A stretch of 64,000 nucleotides of DNA from Candidatus Cloacimonadales bacterium (GCA_963674825.1 OY771587.1:32001-96000); one strand, 5' to 3'. Positions 29,846 to 39,437 are shown, counted from the stretch's first letter. Made by a program: numbers and translations. The notes: generated from the sequence alone by a model not told the origin.

Positions 29846-29940
29846 GATGCAGGCAAGGGTGCCTGCGTACCCGGTGAGAGATGCAGACAAGAGTGCCTGT
29901 GCACCCAGGGAGAGATGCAGGTAAGGGTGCCTTTGTACAT
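29846..29940 (+). repeat. Three tandem degenerate REP units (34-nt period)
   Basis: gatgcag starts at 29846, 29880 and 29914, each followed by (c/t)aag.gtgcct..g.ac; related to the RAYT-flanking REP. Confidence 0.75.
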
Positions 29941-29944
29941 TAAG

Positions 29945-29972
29945 AAAAAAGGGGAGAACCTGAGCTCTCCCC
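29945..29972 (-). terminator. Intrinsic terminator of valS
   Basis: Minus strand GGGGAG...CTCCCC followed by T6. Confidence 0.75.
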
Positions 29973-29995
29973 CTCTATTTATCATTCGATGTTGA

Positions 29996-32644
29996 TTATC
30001 TCAGATCATCCAGAAGAGTCCGGGTTTTTTCGAGCGTGACACGCACTTCCTCGTACTTCTCCTTCTCCTTATCGACCACTTCTTGCGGTGCGCGGGAGGT
30101 GAAGCTTTCGTTATTCAACTTACTCTCGATGCGCCCCAGATCCTGCGCGAGCTTCGCTTCTTGCTTCTCCAGACGTGCGATTTCACTATCAATGTCCACT
30201 AAACCGGTCAAGGGCAGGTAGATCTCGATGTCGGTCACTACATCCGCGAGCGACGGTTTTGGACGCTCGACGTCGGTTCCGCAAGTCATCTCTTCCACCT
30301 TGGCCAGCTTGCTGAAGTAGCCCAGGTTATCCTCGATGATGGCCTTCTGCTCACCACGAGCGACCTTTATGGACACGTTCACCATCTTGCCCGGTGATAT
30401 ACCCATCTGCTTGCGCAGGTTACGGATACAGCTTATGCAATCCTGCACGAGCTGCATCTTCGCGTCCACATTGGCGTCGATAAGGCAATCATCCGCCTGA
30501 GGATAATTCGCGATAATAAGGGCTTCTTCTTCGATAGGCAGCATGCCTTTGAGGCTCTGCCAGATCTCTTCGGTGATGAACGGCATCAGCGGGTGAAGCA
30601 GGCGCATGGACTGCTCCAGCACGTGCAGAAGGATATACTTCGCGGTGCGCTGCGCCTTCGGATTGTCGTCGTTATAGATGCGATCCTTGCTGAGCTCGAG
30701 ATACCACGAGCAGAATTCTTTCCAGATGAATTCCTGGAGGAGCTGTGCGGCGTCGTTGAAGCGCACGGCCTCGAAGTGCTCGTTCGCTTCTTTCGTCACC
30801 TGGTTGAGGCGCGAAAGAATCCACTTGTCGGCGAGCTCGAGTTCGATCTCGTCATCGGCAGGCAGCCCTTCGATTTTCTCCACGCTCATCATGATGAAAC
30901 GATAGGCGTTCCATATCTTGTTGGCGAAATTACGCCCATGCTCGATGACGCCCTCGGAGAAATAGCTGTCCTGACCACGTGGCGTATTGAAGATCATGCT
31001 GAAACGGAGCGCGTCGGCGCCGTAGATCGCGATGAGGTCGATCGGATCGGGCGAATTGCCCAGCGACTTGCTCATCTTGCGACCCTGTTCGTCCAGGACC
31101 ATGCCGTGCAGGAATACCGTGTCGAACGGAATCTTGCCGGTAAATTCCAGCGTGGACATGATCATCCGCGCAACCCAGAGGTAGATGATACCGGGCGCGG
31201 TGACCAGCAGGTTGGTGGGCAGAAAATACTCGAGGTCTTCGGTCTTTTCCGGCCAGCCCATGGTCGAGAAGGGCCACAGCCAGCTCGAGAACCAGGTATC
31301 GAGCACGTCTTCGTCCTGACGCAGTTTATCGCTGCCACACTTCGGGCAGGTTGTTGGATCCTCTTCGGAAACGATCATCTCGCCGCACTCGCAGTACCAC
31401 GCCGGGATGCGGTGTCCCCACCATATCTGGCGCGAGATACACCAGTCGCGGATGTTCTCCATCCAGTGCAGATAGACCTTTGTCCAGCGCTCGGGGATGA
31501 ACTTCACCTCGCCCTTGTTCACCACGTCGATGGCAGGTTCGCCAAGCGGTTTCATGCGCACGAACCACTGATCGGAGAGGTAGGGCTCGATAACGGTGGC
31601 GCAGCGGTAACAATGGCCTACCGCGTGCTGATGATCCTCGATCTTGGCGAGCAGGCGTTGCTGCTGGAGCTGCTCGACGATCTTCTTGCGGCAATCGAAG
31701 CGGTTCATGCCCACGAAGAGCGGACCCGCGTTCTCGTTCATCACGCCGTGGTCGTCCATCACCAGGATGGGTTCCAGGCCGTGGCGCTGCCCCATCATGA
31801 AGTCGTTGGGGTCGTGCGCCGGGGTGATCTTCACGCAGCCAGTACCGAATGTCATATCGACGTATTCGTCGGCGATGATGGGGATCTCGCGGCCTATGAA
31901 AGGCAGTAGAACCGTCTGGCCGATCTTGTCTTTATAACGCTCGTCATTCGGATTTACCGCTACAGCGACGTCGCCCAGCATGGTTTCGGGGCGAGTGGTG
32001 GCTACGGTCACGAAATCGCTGCCATCGCTGAACGGATAGCAGATGTGCCAGAGTTTTCCGGTCTCGTCCTCGTGCTCCACTTCGTCGTTGGAGAGCGCGG
32101 TATTACAGCGCGGGCACCAGTTGATGATGTAGTTGCCCTTGTAGATCAAATCTTTTTCGTAGAGGTGCACGAACACCTTTCTGACCGCCTTGGAGAGGAC
32201 GTCGTCCATGGTATAACGTTCGCGGGACCAGTCGCAGGAAGCCCCAAGCTGCTTGAGCTGCTCGATGATGCGTCCGCCCTTCTGCTCCTTCCACTCCCAT
32301 ATGCGTTCCACGAGCTTATCGCGGCCCACGTCGAAGCGGGTAAGACCCTCTTTGGCGAGTTCTTTTTCCACCACGTTCTGGGTGGCGATACCGGCGTGAT
32401 CCACACCGGGCAGCCAGAGCGTCGGGTGGCCTGTCATCCGCTGATAGCGCACCATCACGTCCTGATAGGTGTTGTTGAGCACGTGGCCCATGTGCAAAAT
32501 GCCGGTGACGTTCGGCGGCGGAATCAGGATTGTATAAGGCTTTTTATCGGGATCGATCTTCGGCGTGAAATGGCCGTTGTCCATCCAGAATTTATACCAC
32601 TTTTTCTCTTTGGTCTGAGGTTCGTATATTTTGTCGATTTCCAT
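29996..32644 (-). CDS. valS: Valine--tRNA ligase
   Basis: PPPNVTGILHMGH, DHAGIATQ, DWCISRQIWWGH, KMSKS, C-terminal coiled coil. Confidence 0.98.
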   Translation of the reverse strand: MEIDKIYEPQTKEKKWYKFWMDNGHFTPKIDPDKKPYTILIPPPNVTGILHMGHVLNNTYQDVMVRYQRMTGHPTLWLPGVDHAGIATQNVVEKELAKEGLTRFDVGRDKLVERIWEWKEQKGGRIIEQLKQLGASCDWSRERYTMDDVLSKAVRKVFVHLYEKDLIYKGNYIINWCPRCNTALSNDEVEHEDETGKLWHICYPFSDGSDFVTVATTRPETMLGDVAVAVNPNDERYKDKIGQTVLLPFIGREIPIIADEYVDMTFGTGCVKITPAHDPNDFMMGQRHGLEPILVMDDHGVMNENAGPLFVGMNRFDCRKKIVEQLQQQRLLAKIEDHQHAVGHCYRCATVIEPYLSDQWFVRMKPLGEPAIDVVNKGEVKFIPERWTKVYLHWMENIRDWCISRQIWWGHRIPAWYCECGEMIVSEEDPTTCPKCGSDKLRQDEDVLDTWFSSWLWPFSTMGWPEKTEDLEYFLPTNLLVTAPGIIYLWVARMIMSTLEFTGKIPFDTVFLHGMVLDEQGRKMSKSLGNSPDPIDLIAIYGADALRFSMIFNTPRGQDSYFSEGVIEHGRNFANKIWNAYRFIMMSVEKIEGLPADDEIELELADKWILSRLNQVTKEANEHFEAVRFNDAAQLLQEFIWKEFCSWYLELSKDRIYNDDNPKAQRTAKYILLHVLEQSMRLLHPLMPFITEEIWQSLKGMLPIEEEALIIANYPQADDCLIDANVDAKMQLVQDCISCIRNLRKQMGISPGKMVNVSIKVARGEQKAIIEDNLGYFSKLAKVEEMTCGTDVERPKPSLADVVTDIEIYLPLTGLVDIDSEIARLEKQEAKLAQDLGRIESKLNNESFTSRAPQEVVDKEKEKYEEVRVTLEKTRTLLDDLR

Positions 32645-32700
32645 GCAAATCTCCTTTGTATGCCAATGATTACATCGGTTTCAAGAGGTCAATGTTTTTC

Positions 32701-32827
32701 CTCACCCCCCTGATAAGGGGGGACAAAGGGGGGGTGTTTTTTATTTCGGAAGAATTGGGAAACCCCCTTCAATTCCTGATGAGAGATCCGGGTTTACTTC
32801 GTAAAACCAGCACCTTATCAGCAGGAT
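32701..32827. repeat. C/G-run palindromic repeat doublet
   Basis: CCCCCCTGATAAGGGGGGacaaaGGGGGG followed by a degenerate inverted copy (cccccttcaattcc...ccttatcag) interrupted by a mini-hairpin. Confidence 0.6.
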
Positions 32828-32840
32828 GAATAAGGACTTG

Positions 32841-33371
32841 CTACGCCAGACCTTTGATCTTCAGCGCTTTCTGGATGAAATGGCGGTGGGAAGCAAAGGC
32901 GATTGGCGGCAGGTCGCTGAGAGGGACAAAACTGGCTTCTGCAGCGTCATCGCCTGCAAGAAGCCGACCTCCCTCAGCCTTCATGAGAAAGCCGAACGAA
33001 ATGATACTCTGGTAGATTGGCGATGATCCCACGAAGTAGCCCAAAAATTGCTCGTTGCGCCCGATGAGACCGGTCTCTTCCTCGAGCTCGCGCACGGATG
33101 TCTCTTCCGGCGTCTGTTCGATCTCGATGTAGCCGCTGGGAAGCGCCCACTCACCCGCCTTGGGCTCGTTTTTGCGCAGGATTACCAGCAGCCGGTCTTC
33201 TTCGTCGAACACCACGCACGCCGCCGCCGGAACCGGGTTCTTGTAGTAAACCCAGCCGCAGCTCTTGCAGTGCGGACGCTCGCGCCCTTCGTGATCCACC
33301 CGAATATCGAGCTCGCCACCGCACCGGACACAGTAGTTGATACCGTCGTAGGTTGGTTTCATCGTTTCCAT
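32841..33371 (-). CDS. NUDIX hydrolase with N-terminal zinc ribbon
   Basis: CVRCG...CKSCG..YYKNP; WALPSGYIE..QTPEE..VRELEEETGL. Confidence 0.92.
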   Translation of the reverse strand: METMKPTYDGINYCVRCGGELDIRVDHEGRERPHCKSCGWVYYKNPVPAAACVVFDEEDRLLVILRKNEPKAGEWALPSGYIEIEQTPEETSVRELEEETGLIGRNEQFLGYFVGSSPIYQSIISFGFLMKAEGGRLLAGDDAAEASFVPLSDLPPIAFASHRHFIQKALKIKGLA

Positions 33372-33585
33372 AGGCTAACAGCGTAAGGATGGGGTGTTTT
33401 TGTCAAGGGGGAAAATCACGAAAATCCTGAATAAGATGAAAGCACTTTTGAAATTATTCTCTTGACGTATTTAATCTCTTTTACCAAAGCTTGAATACAA
33501 TAAGATATGAGTAACCAATGTCTTCAGTCCATTGAACATGTATGGTTCGGAACTGGTTCAAGAAGAAGTATTAAGGAGAAAGCTT

Positions 33586-34182
33586 ATGCTCAATTTTCTA
33601 CGAACACCTAATCAGATTGACCCGGACACCCAAACTACTCTTCTTGAACTTTATCGATCATATGTTAACGACGAGCATGTCATGATCAACTCTATTTACA
33701 AATCCCTCAATTTCTACTCTGGGTTATGCACATCAATAATTGCTGGTGCTTTTTATGTTTTACTCGCCCACAAAAACAACAATCTCTCACCAATAATTGT
33801 TATTTCGGCAGGGATACTAATTTTTTTCATTGCATCTACTGGGTATAAATCATGTCAATCAAATTACAAACGGCAATTAGAATCTATTGTGAAGAGATTT
33901 AAAATTGAAGCTTTGCTTAACCTCGACGAGGAACCATATATCCATAAAAAATACTATGTCAGTGAAGGCTTATTACTCAAGAGGTATGAGGATACAAACA
34001 TGAAATTTAAGACCTCGAGTGACTTTGTGAGAGATAAAATGGATGCTGGCTTTGTCAGAATTGCAAAAATGCTCTTCATCGCCTATAAAGTTGCTGGGAT
34101 CTTCATCGCATTAATTGGATTATACCAAATAGTATTTCCAATACTCCCCAATACTATCCAGTTCATATCTATCATATTTTAA
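33586..34182 (+). CDS. Hypothetical 3-TM membrane protein, low GC
   Basis: AAGGAG RBS before ATG 33586; three hydrophobic segments; AT-rich. Confidence 0.7.
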   Translation: MLNFLRTPNQIDPDTQTTLLELYRSYVNDEHVMINSIYKSLNFYSGLCTSIIAGAFYVLLAHKNNNLSPIIVISAGILIFFIASTGYKSCQSNYKRQLESIVKRFKIEALLNLDEEPYIHKKYYVSEGLLLKRYEDTNMKFKTSSDFVRDKMDAGFVRIAKMLFIAYKVAGIFIALIGLYQIVFPILPNTIQFISIIF

Positions 34183-34233
34183 ATTCGCCACACACACATC
34201 CTCCCATGCATCTCCACGTTCTCCACCACCACA

Positions 34234-35058
34234 TCACACGCCGACGGGCATCTGCTTGATAAGCGCGAAACCTTTTTCGGCGACGCCGTGGCGGATCCGG
34301 GAGCGGTCGAGGTAGTTCTGGCAGGTATCGGCAAGCTTGTAGTAGGGCACAAAGACAATCCCCCCGCGGAATGGGAGCTCGAGATCGGGATCATCGCCGG
34401 TTTCTGAGATGACGAAGCGCCGGTTTGCCAGCAGATAGGAGCATCGGACGATCTCGAAGACCTGCGCCGGGTAGTAGTGGATGTTCAGGACGATCTTTGC
34501 CCGTGCGATCAAGGCGTCGCGCTCCGGGCCATAGACGTCGTACAGATGCCTTACCTCGAGTCCGCGCCGCATCAGTTCTTCCAGCACGTCGCGTCGTCGC
34601 TCGTTCATGGAACCGTAGTGCAGCACGTCGATATCCTCTTTATCGGGGTCGGACGGAATGCGCGTCAGCTCCGGCACATAGCCGATCCGGCAGAGCGTGA
34701 TATCGTGTATGCCCAGTTGCCTGAGCATGTCGATGTTGCGCTGGCTGTAATCCCAGACGCGGTGCTTGCGGAGCAGCTCGAGGTAACGCTCGGTTAGCCA
34801 GGGCGAACCGATGAAGATTTGTTCGAGATTGTAGATGATGCTGTCAGGCGGGATCTCGATATCTGGATAACGGGTGGCGAGGATCGCCCCCAGTACAATC
34901 GCCGTCCCTTGAATCTGACTGGGATCGTGGACGACCGGCACGTGCAGGCCTTTCTCGCGATAGGCGTAGTGCAGGCTCTCCGCGACTTCATCGAAGCTGT
35001 GCACCGCGTTGTTGCCCGGCGGTGAGATAATCCAGATGGTCAAGCGGCCATCAACCAT
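34234..35058 (-). CDS. Glycosyltransferase-like (GT-B, CgeB-like) hypothetical protein
   Basis: YNLEQ, VWDYS..N, DIDVLHYGS.NERR, AKIVLNIH, EIVR...LLAN..FVISE; start overlaps ribD stop. Confidence 0.7.
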   Translation of the reverse strand: MVDGRLTIWIISPPGNNAVHSFDEVAESLHYAYREKGLHVPVVHDPSQIQGTAIVLGAILATRYPDIEIPPDSIIYNLEQIFIGSPWLTERYLELLRKHRVWDYSQRNIDMLRQLGIHDITLCRIGYVPELTRIPSDPDKEDIDVLHYGSMNERRRDVLEELMRRGLEVRHLYDVYGPERDALIARAKIVLNIHYYPAQVFEIVRCSYLLANRRFVISETGDDPDLELPFRGGIVFVPYYKLADTCQNYLDRSRIRHGVAEKGFALIKQMPVGV

Positions 35059-36109
35059 GCCTTGCAGCCTCCACCACCACATCCTCACCAAGCTTCTGCG
35101 CCGATTCGATCGACCAGCGCTTTGCGTCGCCTATGGTGGCTGCGAGAGGGCTCTGGATGAAGGTGTGCGGTCCACCGAGAAGGGTGTTTCCGTAGAAGAT
35201 GACGAGCCGGTCGCAGAGGTTCTGCTCGAGCAGGGCGGTGACGAGCGTCGGGCCGGCCTCCACCATCACCATCATGATGCCGCGCTCGTAGAGGGTTGTG
35301 AATACGTCTTGCAGCGAGCTATATGGGAAGAGCTCCACTCCGGTGCCGGAGAGGGCGTTCGGCGTGCCCGGATCGGTGAAAATCCAGGTGGGCTGCTGCC
35401 CGGCGGTGGTAACAATCTGTGATTCGCGCGGAGTACGGAGATTTCTATCGAGGATAGCACGCACGGGTATTCCGCAGTTGCCCTCGAGTCGGACATTGAA
35501 CATGGGATCGTCGGCAAGCACGGTGCCGATGCCGGTGAGAATGCAGTCGGAACGGTCACGCATACGGTGCACGAGCTCGCGGGATTTTTCGCCGGTAATC
35601 CACCGTGAGGAGCCATCTTGCGCTGCAATGCGTCCGTCCAGCGATGCGGCGATTTTCAGGGTGATGTACGGGCGTTTGAGCTCCGATGAGACCAGGTAGG
35701 GCCTGAGCTGCCTGCGGATCGCGTCCGCCATGACACCGTAGGTGACTTCGATGCCTTTCTCGCGCAGGATGCCACCAGAAAGGTTGCAGACTTTCGGGTT
35801 GGGGTCTTCGATGCCGACAAACACACGCGCAATACCGGCCCGAATGATGGCGTCGGTACAGGGAGGCGTGCGGCCCCAGTGGCAGCAGGGTTCCAGTGTG
35901 ACGTAGATGTCCGCGCCACGGGCGTTCTCGCCTGCCGCTTTGAGCGCGACCACCTCGGCGTGATCCTGACCGCACGGCTGCGTGTGGCCCTCGCCGATGA
36001 TCTTGCCGTCTTTTACGACGACCGCGCCCACGAACGGATTGGGGGATGTTCGGCCAATCGCTTGCTCCGCCAGTTCCATGGCACGCTGCATGAAGTCGTT
36101 GTGTTGCAT
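35051..36109 (-). CDS. ribD: Bifunctional riboflavin biosynthesis deaminase/reductase
   Basis: TSPNPFVGAV, HAE, VTLEPCCHWGRTPPC, SLDGRIA, WITG, TVLADDP. Confidence 0.96.
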   Translation of the reverse strand: MQHNDFMQRAMELAEQAIGRTSPNPFVGAVVVKDGKIIGEGHTQPCGQDHAEVVALKAAGENARGADIYVTLEPCCHWGRTPPCTDAIIRAGIARVFVGIEDPNPKVCNLSGGILREKGIEVTYGVMADAIRRQLRPYLVSSELKRPYITLKIAASLDGRIAAQDGSSRWITGEKSRELVHRMRDRSDCILTGIGTVLADDPMFNVRLEGNCGIPVRAILDRNLRTPRESQIVTTAGQQPTWIFTDPGTPNALSGTGVELFPYSSLQDVFTTLYERGIMMVMVEAGPTLVTALLEQNLCDRLVIFYGNTLLGGPHTFIQSPLAATIGDAKRWSIESAQKLGEDVVVEAARHG

Positions 36110-36121
36110 TGCGAAGACCTC

Positions 36122-36805
36122 TTACGATACATCGTCGGGAGAAGCGTACGGAATGGGATCTTTCACGCCGGCACGTTCGAACGCCTTGAGCCTGAGATAG
36201 CAGCTATCGCAGGTGCCGCACGCGACATCGTTGTTGCGGTAACAGCTCCAGCTTAGCTCGAACGGCACCCCGAGATCTACGCCGAGTTTGATGATCTCGG
36301 CTTTGTTCATGTGGATCACGGGCGCGACGATGCGGATGTGGGTGTCGTCCTTCGTTCCGGCCTCTATGGCCTTGCCAAGATGCTCGTAGAAGACCTCCCG
36401 GCAATCCGGGTAGCCGCTGGAATCCTCTTCCACGGCACCAATATAGACGCTGTCTGCGCCGAGAACCTCCGCCCAACTCACCGCGATGCAGACAAGGTGT
36501 GCATTTCGGAAGGGAACGTAGGTGTCGGGGATCCCGTCAGCACCGGGCGTAAAATCTTTCACCTCGATGGACGCGTCGGTCAATGCAGAGCCGCCGATAT
36601 CGGCGAGGTAGGAGATATCCACTGATTTCGCCCCATCTGGCTGGAAGTAGTCGCACAGCTTCTCGAACAGCTCGAGCTCCTTGCGCTCAGTGCGCTGGCC
36701 GTAATTCGCGTGCAAAAAATAGACGCGATCGGAGTCGCGCTTCGCGATGGCGGCGGTAACCAGGCTGTCCATTCCTCCGCTCACCAGCACAATCGATTGT
36801 TTCAT
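36122..36805 (-). CDS. queC: 7-cyano-7-deazaguanine synthase
   Basis: SGGMDS, NYGQR, TYVPFRN, GYPDCR, WSCY, CGTCDSC; AAGGA RBS before ATG 36805. Confidence 0.96.
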   Translation of the reverse strand: MKQSIVLVSGGMDSLVTAAIAKRDSDRVYFLHANYGQRTERKELELFEKLCDYFQPDGAKSVDISYLADIGGSALTDASIEVKDFTPGADGIPDTYVPFRNAHLVCIAVSWAEVLGADSVYIGAVEEDSSGYPDCREVFYEHLGKAIEAGTKDDTHIRIVAPVIHMNKAEIIKLGVDLGVPFELSWSCYRNNDVACGTCDSCYLRLKAFERAGVKDPIPYASPDDVS

Positions 36806-36824
36806 AGTGTGTCCTTTGTCGTAA

Positions 36825-37054
36825 GAGATCCTCATCTCCGCCGTGTTGAGAGATCCAGGGTTTTCATTCATCAAACCCTACTCTTCTCCCATAAGTGGGA
36901 GAAGGAGCTAAAACAACCATCTCAACTTTAACGTCCCAACGATATCTCAGAGACCCTCATCCCCCGCCTTCTCCCACAAGTGGGAGAAGGAGCTAACAGC
37001 CATCTCAACTTTACCGTCCCCTCGCCCACTTGTGGGAGAGGGACAGGGTGAGGG
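36825..37054 (+). repeat. Two tandem BoxC-like palindromic units downstream of the DUF559 gene
   Basis: GAGA(C/T)CCTCATC.CC..., CTTCTCCCA.AAGTGGGAGAAG hairpin, and CCCTCGCCCACTTGTGGGAGAGGGACAGGGTGAGGG right arm; units 36825-36937 (truncated) and 36950-37054. Confidence 0.85.
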
Positions 37055-37061
37055 CTCTCCT

Positions 37062-37424
37062 TCACTGATCATGTCTTAGATTATCCAATGCATCGGCAAT
37101 CCTTGTCAACACAGAGTCAATATTCTGCAATACCTCTCCATTGGTGAACCGAATCACACGATAACCATTATCCTGCAGAAAATCAGTTCTTGAATCGTCG
37201 TGTAATCGATTGAAATCTTCGTCGTGATGTCCCCCATCCAGTTCAATCACAAGTTTCAGTCCAATACAAGCAAAATCAGCAATATATGTCTTAATAGGGT
37301 GCTGTCGCCTGAATTTGTATCCGAACAATCGCCTGTTCTGCAAATGGGCCCACAAATGTTGTTCAGCCCTTGTCGGTGCTTTTCTCATTTCCCGAGCAAA
37401 CGATAGTACATGTTTATTGATCAC
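37062..37424 (-). CDS. DUF559 (Vsr-like PD-(D/E)xK) endonuclease
   Basis: AREMRK.PTRAE..LW..L, KFRRQHPI..YIADF, LVIELDG..H, D..R..FL...GYRVIRF.N. Confidence 0.92.
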   Translation of the reverse strand: MINKHVLSFAREMRKAPTRAEQHLWAHLQNRRLFGYKFRRQHPIKTYIADFACIGLKLVIELDGGHHDEDFNRLHDDSRTDFLQDNGYRVIRFTNGEVLQNIDSVLTRIADALDNLRHDQ

Positions 37425-37438
37425 TGGATTTTCCTTTT

Positions 37439-37582
37439 GAGACCCTCATCCCCCGTGTTGAGAGATACAGGGTTTTCATTCTTCAAACCCTACACTTCTC
37501 CCATAAGTGGAAGAAGGGCGAGAACAACAATCTCGCAATTGCCGTCCCCTCGCCCACTTGTGGGAGAGGGACAGGGTAAGGG
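37439..37582 (+). repeat. BoxC-like palindromic unit upstream of the DUF559 gene
   Basis: Same arms and orientation as 36950-37054, with an inserted mini-hairpin. Confidence 0.85.
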
Positions 37583-37610
37583 CTTCCCATAATCATAACA
37601 AATGCTATAT

Positions 37611-37967
37611 CTATGCTTCGTCCTCTCTATGCCAGGGCGGCGAGACGATGCAATAGAAGATCAGGGTTTCGTCGGAGATGTTCTCGATCCACTGCTCCGC
37701 CCCTTTGGGAATATGTACGATATCACCAATGGAAACCGTATCCGTTTCGCTACCGATATGCACCCGACCCGCACCCTGCACAATAATGTACACTTCATCG
37801 GATGTCTTCAGGCTATGCGGCGTCGATTTCTCCCCGGGATCGAGCGATGCCAGCGCAATGCTGTATGGCGTGTCGATTCCCGTGTGTCGGGGATGGAAGA
37901 CCTCGCGGATCAGGGTTTCGTCGGTCGCGACAAACTCCGGTCGATCGGTGCCGCGAAAGATGTTCAT
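37611..37967 (-). CDS. Cupin domain protein
   Basis: PGEKSTPH.L..SDEVYIIVQG.G, GDIVHIP.G..QWIEN. Confidence 0.88.
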   Translation of the reverse strand: MNIFRGTDRPEFVATDETLIREVFHPRHTGIDTPYSIALASLDPGEKSTPHSLKTSDEVYIIVQGAGRVHIGSETDTVSIGDIVHIPKGAEQWIENISDETLIFYCIVSPPWHREDEA

Positions 37968-39397
37968 GCCTCTTCCCCATTGACCTGCGCCGCTGCATCA
38001 CGCATACTGAGCGGATCTACATACAGCGTCTTCTGGTCGGTGTAGGTGACGAATCCCGGTGCTGCACCGCGTGGCTTGCGTACGTAGCGGATTTGCGTCA
38101 TATCCACAGGCACGTTGCTCGATTTCTTCGCCTTACTGTAGTATGCTGCCAGTCGTGCAGCGAGGTTGACGATCTCGGGCGAGGGTTCCTTCTTCTTATA
38201 GTTGCGTAGAACCACGTGAGATCCCTTGAAGATGCGGCTGTGAAACCACCAGTCCCAAGGCTTGGCAAAACGGGTCGTGAGTTGATCGTTCTCCGTGGAA
38301 GTCCGTCCGATGAAGATTTCCCAGCCCTCGTCGATCCAGAGCCGACGATAAGGTGCTTTTTGGCCTTTTCCATCAGGCTTCGAGATCTCGTTTTTAGAGA
38401 AATCCTTCAGCGTGAGGTAGTCGGATTCGTCCTCGAGATCAAAGATCCAGCGGTCGAGCTCCTCGATTTCCGCTTCGGTTCGTTCGATCTGCTCCTGGAT
38501 AACCTTAGCCCCGTTCTTCGCCTTGCGGTACTTTTTCAGATACCGCTCGATGTTCTGCTGCGGCGAAAGCTCTGGCAATAGCGCTATTTCGATCTCTTTT
38601 TGCTCAGGATCGTAGTAGTCGATCAGGGTAATGCTGACCTGGCCCTTTTTCAGCGCGCGGTAATTGGCCTTGAGCAGCTCTCCTGCCTGCAGGAATTCGG
38701 ATTCCTTCGCGGATTGGATAAGCTCGCTCTGCTGTTTATCCAGCTTTCTGGCCTTCTTCTTGCGATCCCGCTGGATCGCCTTGAGGATATCGCTCTTAAG
38801 ACGCTCTGCTCGTTCGCCGAGTTGCTTCTTGTAGTAAAAATCATGCAGGTATGTGTCGATATCGTCGTACGAGGTTCCCAGAAGCGTCAAATCGGCATCG
38901 CTGTCATTCTGAGTAAAACCGGCAGGAGGCGGTTCGTAGACGACACCCGGTAAAATCTGGCGATGCTGATTCTCGGCATAGCTGAAGCGTCGAAGGGAAT
39001 CGAAGATGGTACCATCCTGAACCAGGATGAGGTTGGTAAATCGCGGGATCAGCTCGGCAACAAGGATTAGCTCCTCCTGCTGACCCTCGATCGAGGTACG
39101 GAAGAAATGAAATGAGACAATGCGGTCCGTTTCGCTTATCGAGACTGCACCCAATCTCGCATGCTGAAGTCTGTGGATAATCGGACTGATGTCTGTCGCT
39201 GGCTTGAATGGAAGCCGCGTCTTGCGGACGGAGAAACAGAACGGATTGCCGGAGAACAGCGATACCTGCAAGTCCTTCTTCGCCTTGGAGAAGGATAGCA
39301 GATACTGGTCTTCAAAGCGCATGATGTCCGTCAGCAGCGGCTTTGATGCGGTCAAATCCTGTTCATCGACCCATTTTTTCAGGTAAATGTAATCCAT
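37964..39397 (-). CDS. rqcH: NFACT family protein (RqcH/FbpA-like ribosome quality control factor)
   Basis: DRIV, ELI.R..NLIL, coiled coil, IGRT..END.LT..W.H....GSHV, AAYYSK, VPVD.T. Confidence 0.85.
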   Translation of the reverse strand: MDYIYLKKWVDEQDLTASKPLLTDIMRFEDQYLLSFSKAKKDLQVSLFSGNPFCFSVRKTRLPFKPATDISPIIHRLQHARLGAVSISETDRIVSFHFFRTSIEGQQEELILVAELIPRFTNLILVQDGTIFDSLRRFSYAENQHRQILPGVVYEPPPAGFTQNDSDADLTLLGTSYDDIDTYLHDFYYKKQLGERAERLKSDILKAIQRDRKKKARKLDKQQSELIQSAKESEFLQAGELLKANYRALKKGQVSITLIDYYDPEQKEIEIALLPELSPQQNIERYLKKYRKAKNGAKVIQEQIERTEAEIEELDRWIFDLEDESDYLTLKDFSKNEISKPDGKGQKAPYRRLWIDEGWEIFIGRTSTENDQLTTRFAKPWDWWFHSRIFKGSHVVLRNYKKKEPSPEIVNLAARLAAYYSKAKKSSNVPVDMTQIRYVRKPRGAAPGFVTYTDQKTLYVDPLSMRDAAAQVNGEEA

Positions 39398-39437
39398 CGT
39401 TATGCTGCTTTCGGTACTTTTACGCTACAAGGTTTCC

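Noticed and set aside
29846..29940. 34-nt periodic repeats as a CRISPR array
   Set aside because: The units are adjacent degenerate REPs with no unique spacers, and no cas genes are present.
30593..31909. 438-aa plus-strand ORF (also 12990-13691, 17727-18521, 40350-41213, 43773-44678, 61787-62575)
   Set aside because: Antisense shadows of well-supported genes with biased codon usage; no recognisable motifs.
36122..36805. queC as part of a Dpd or QatABCD defence system
   Set aside because: Canonical short QueC in a housekeeping context, with no dpd or qat partner genes.
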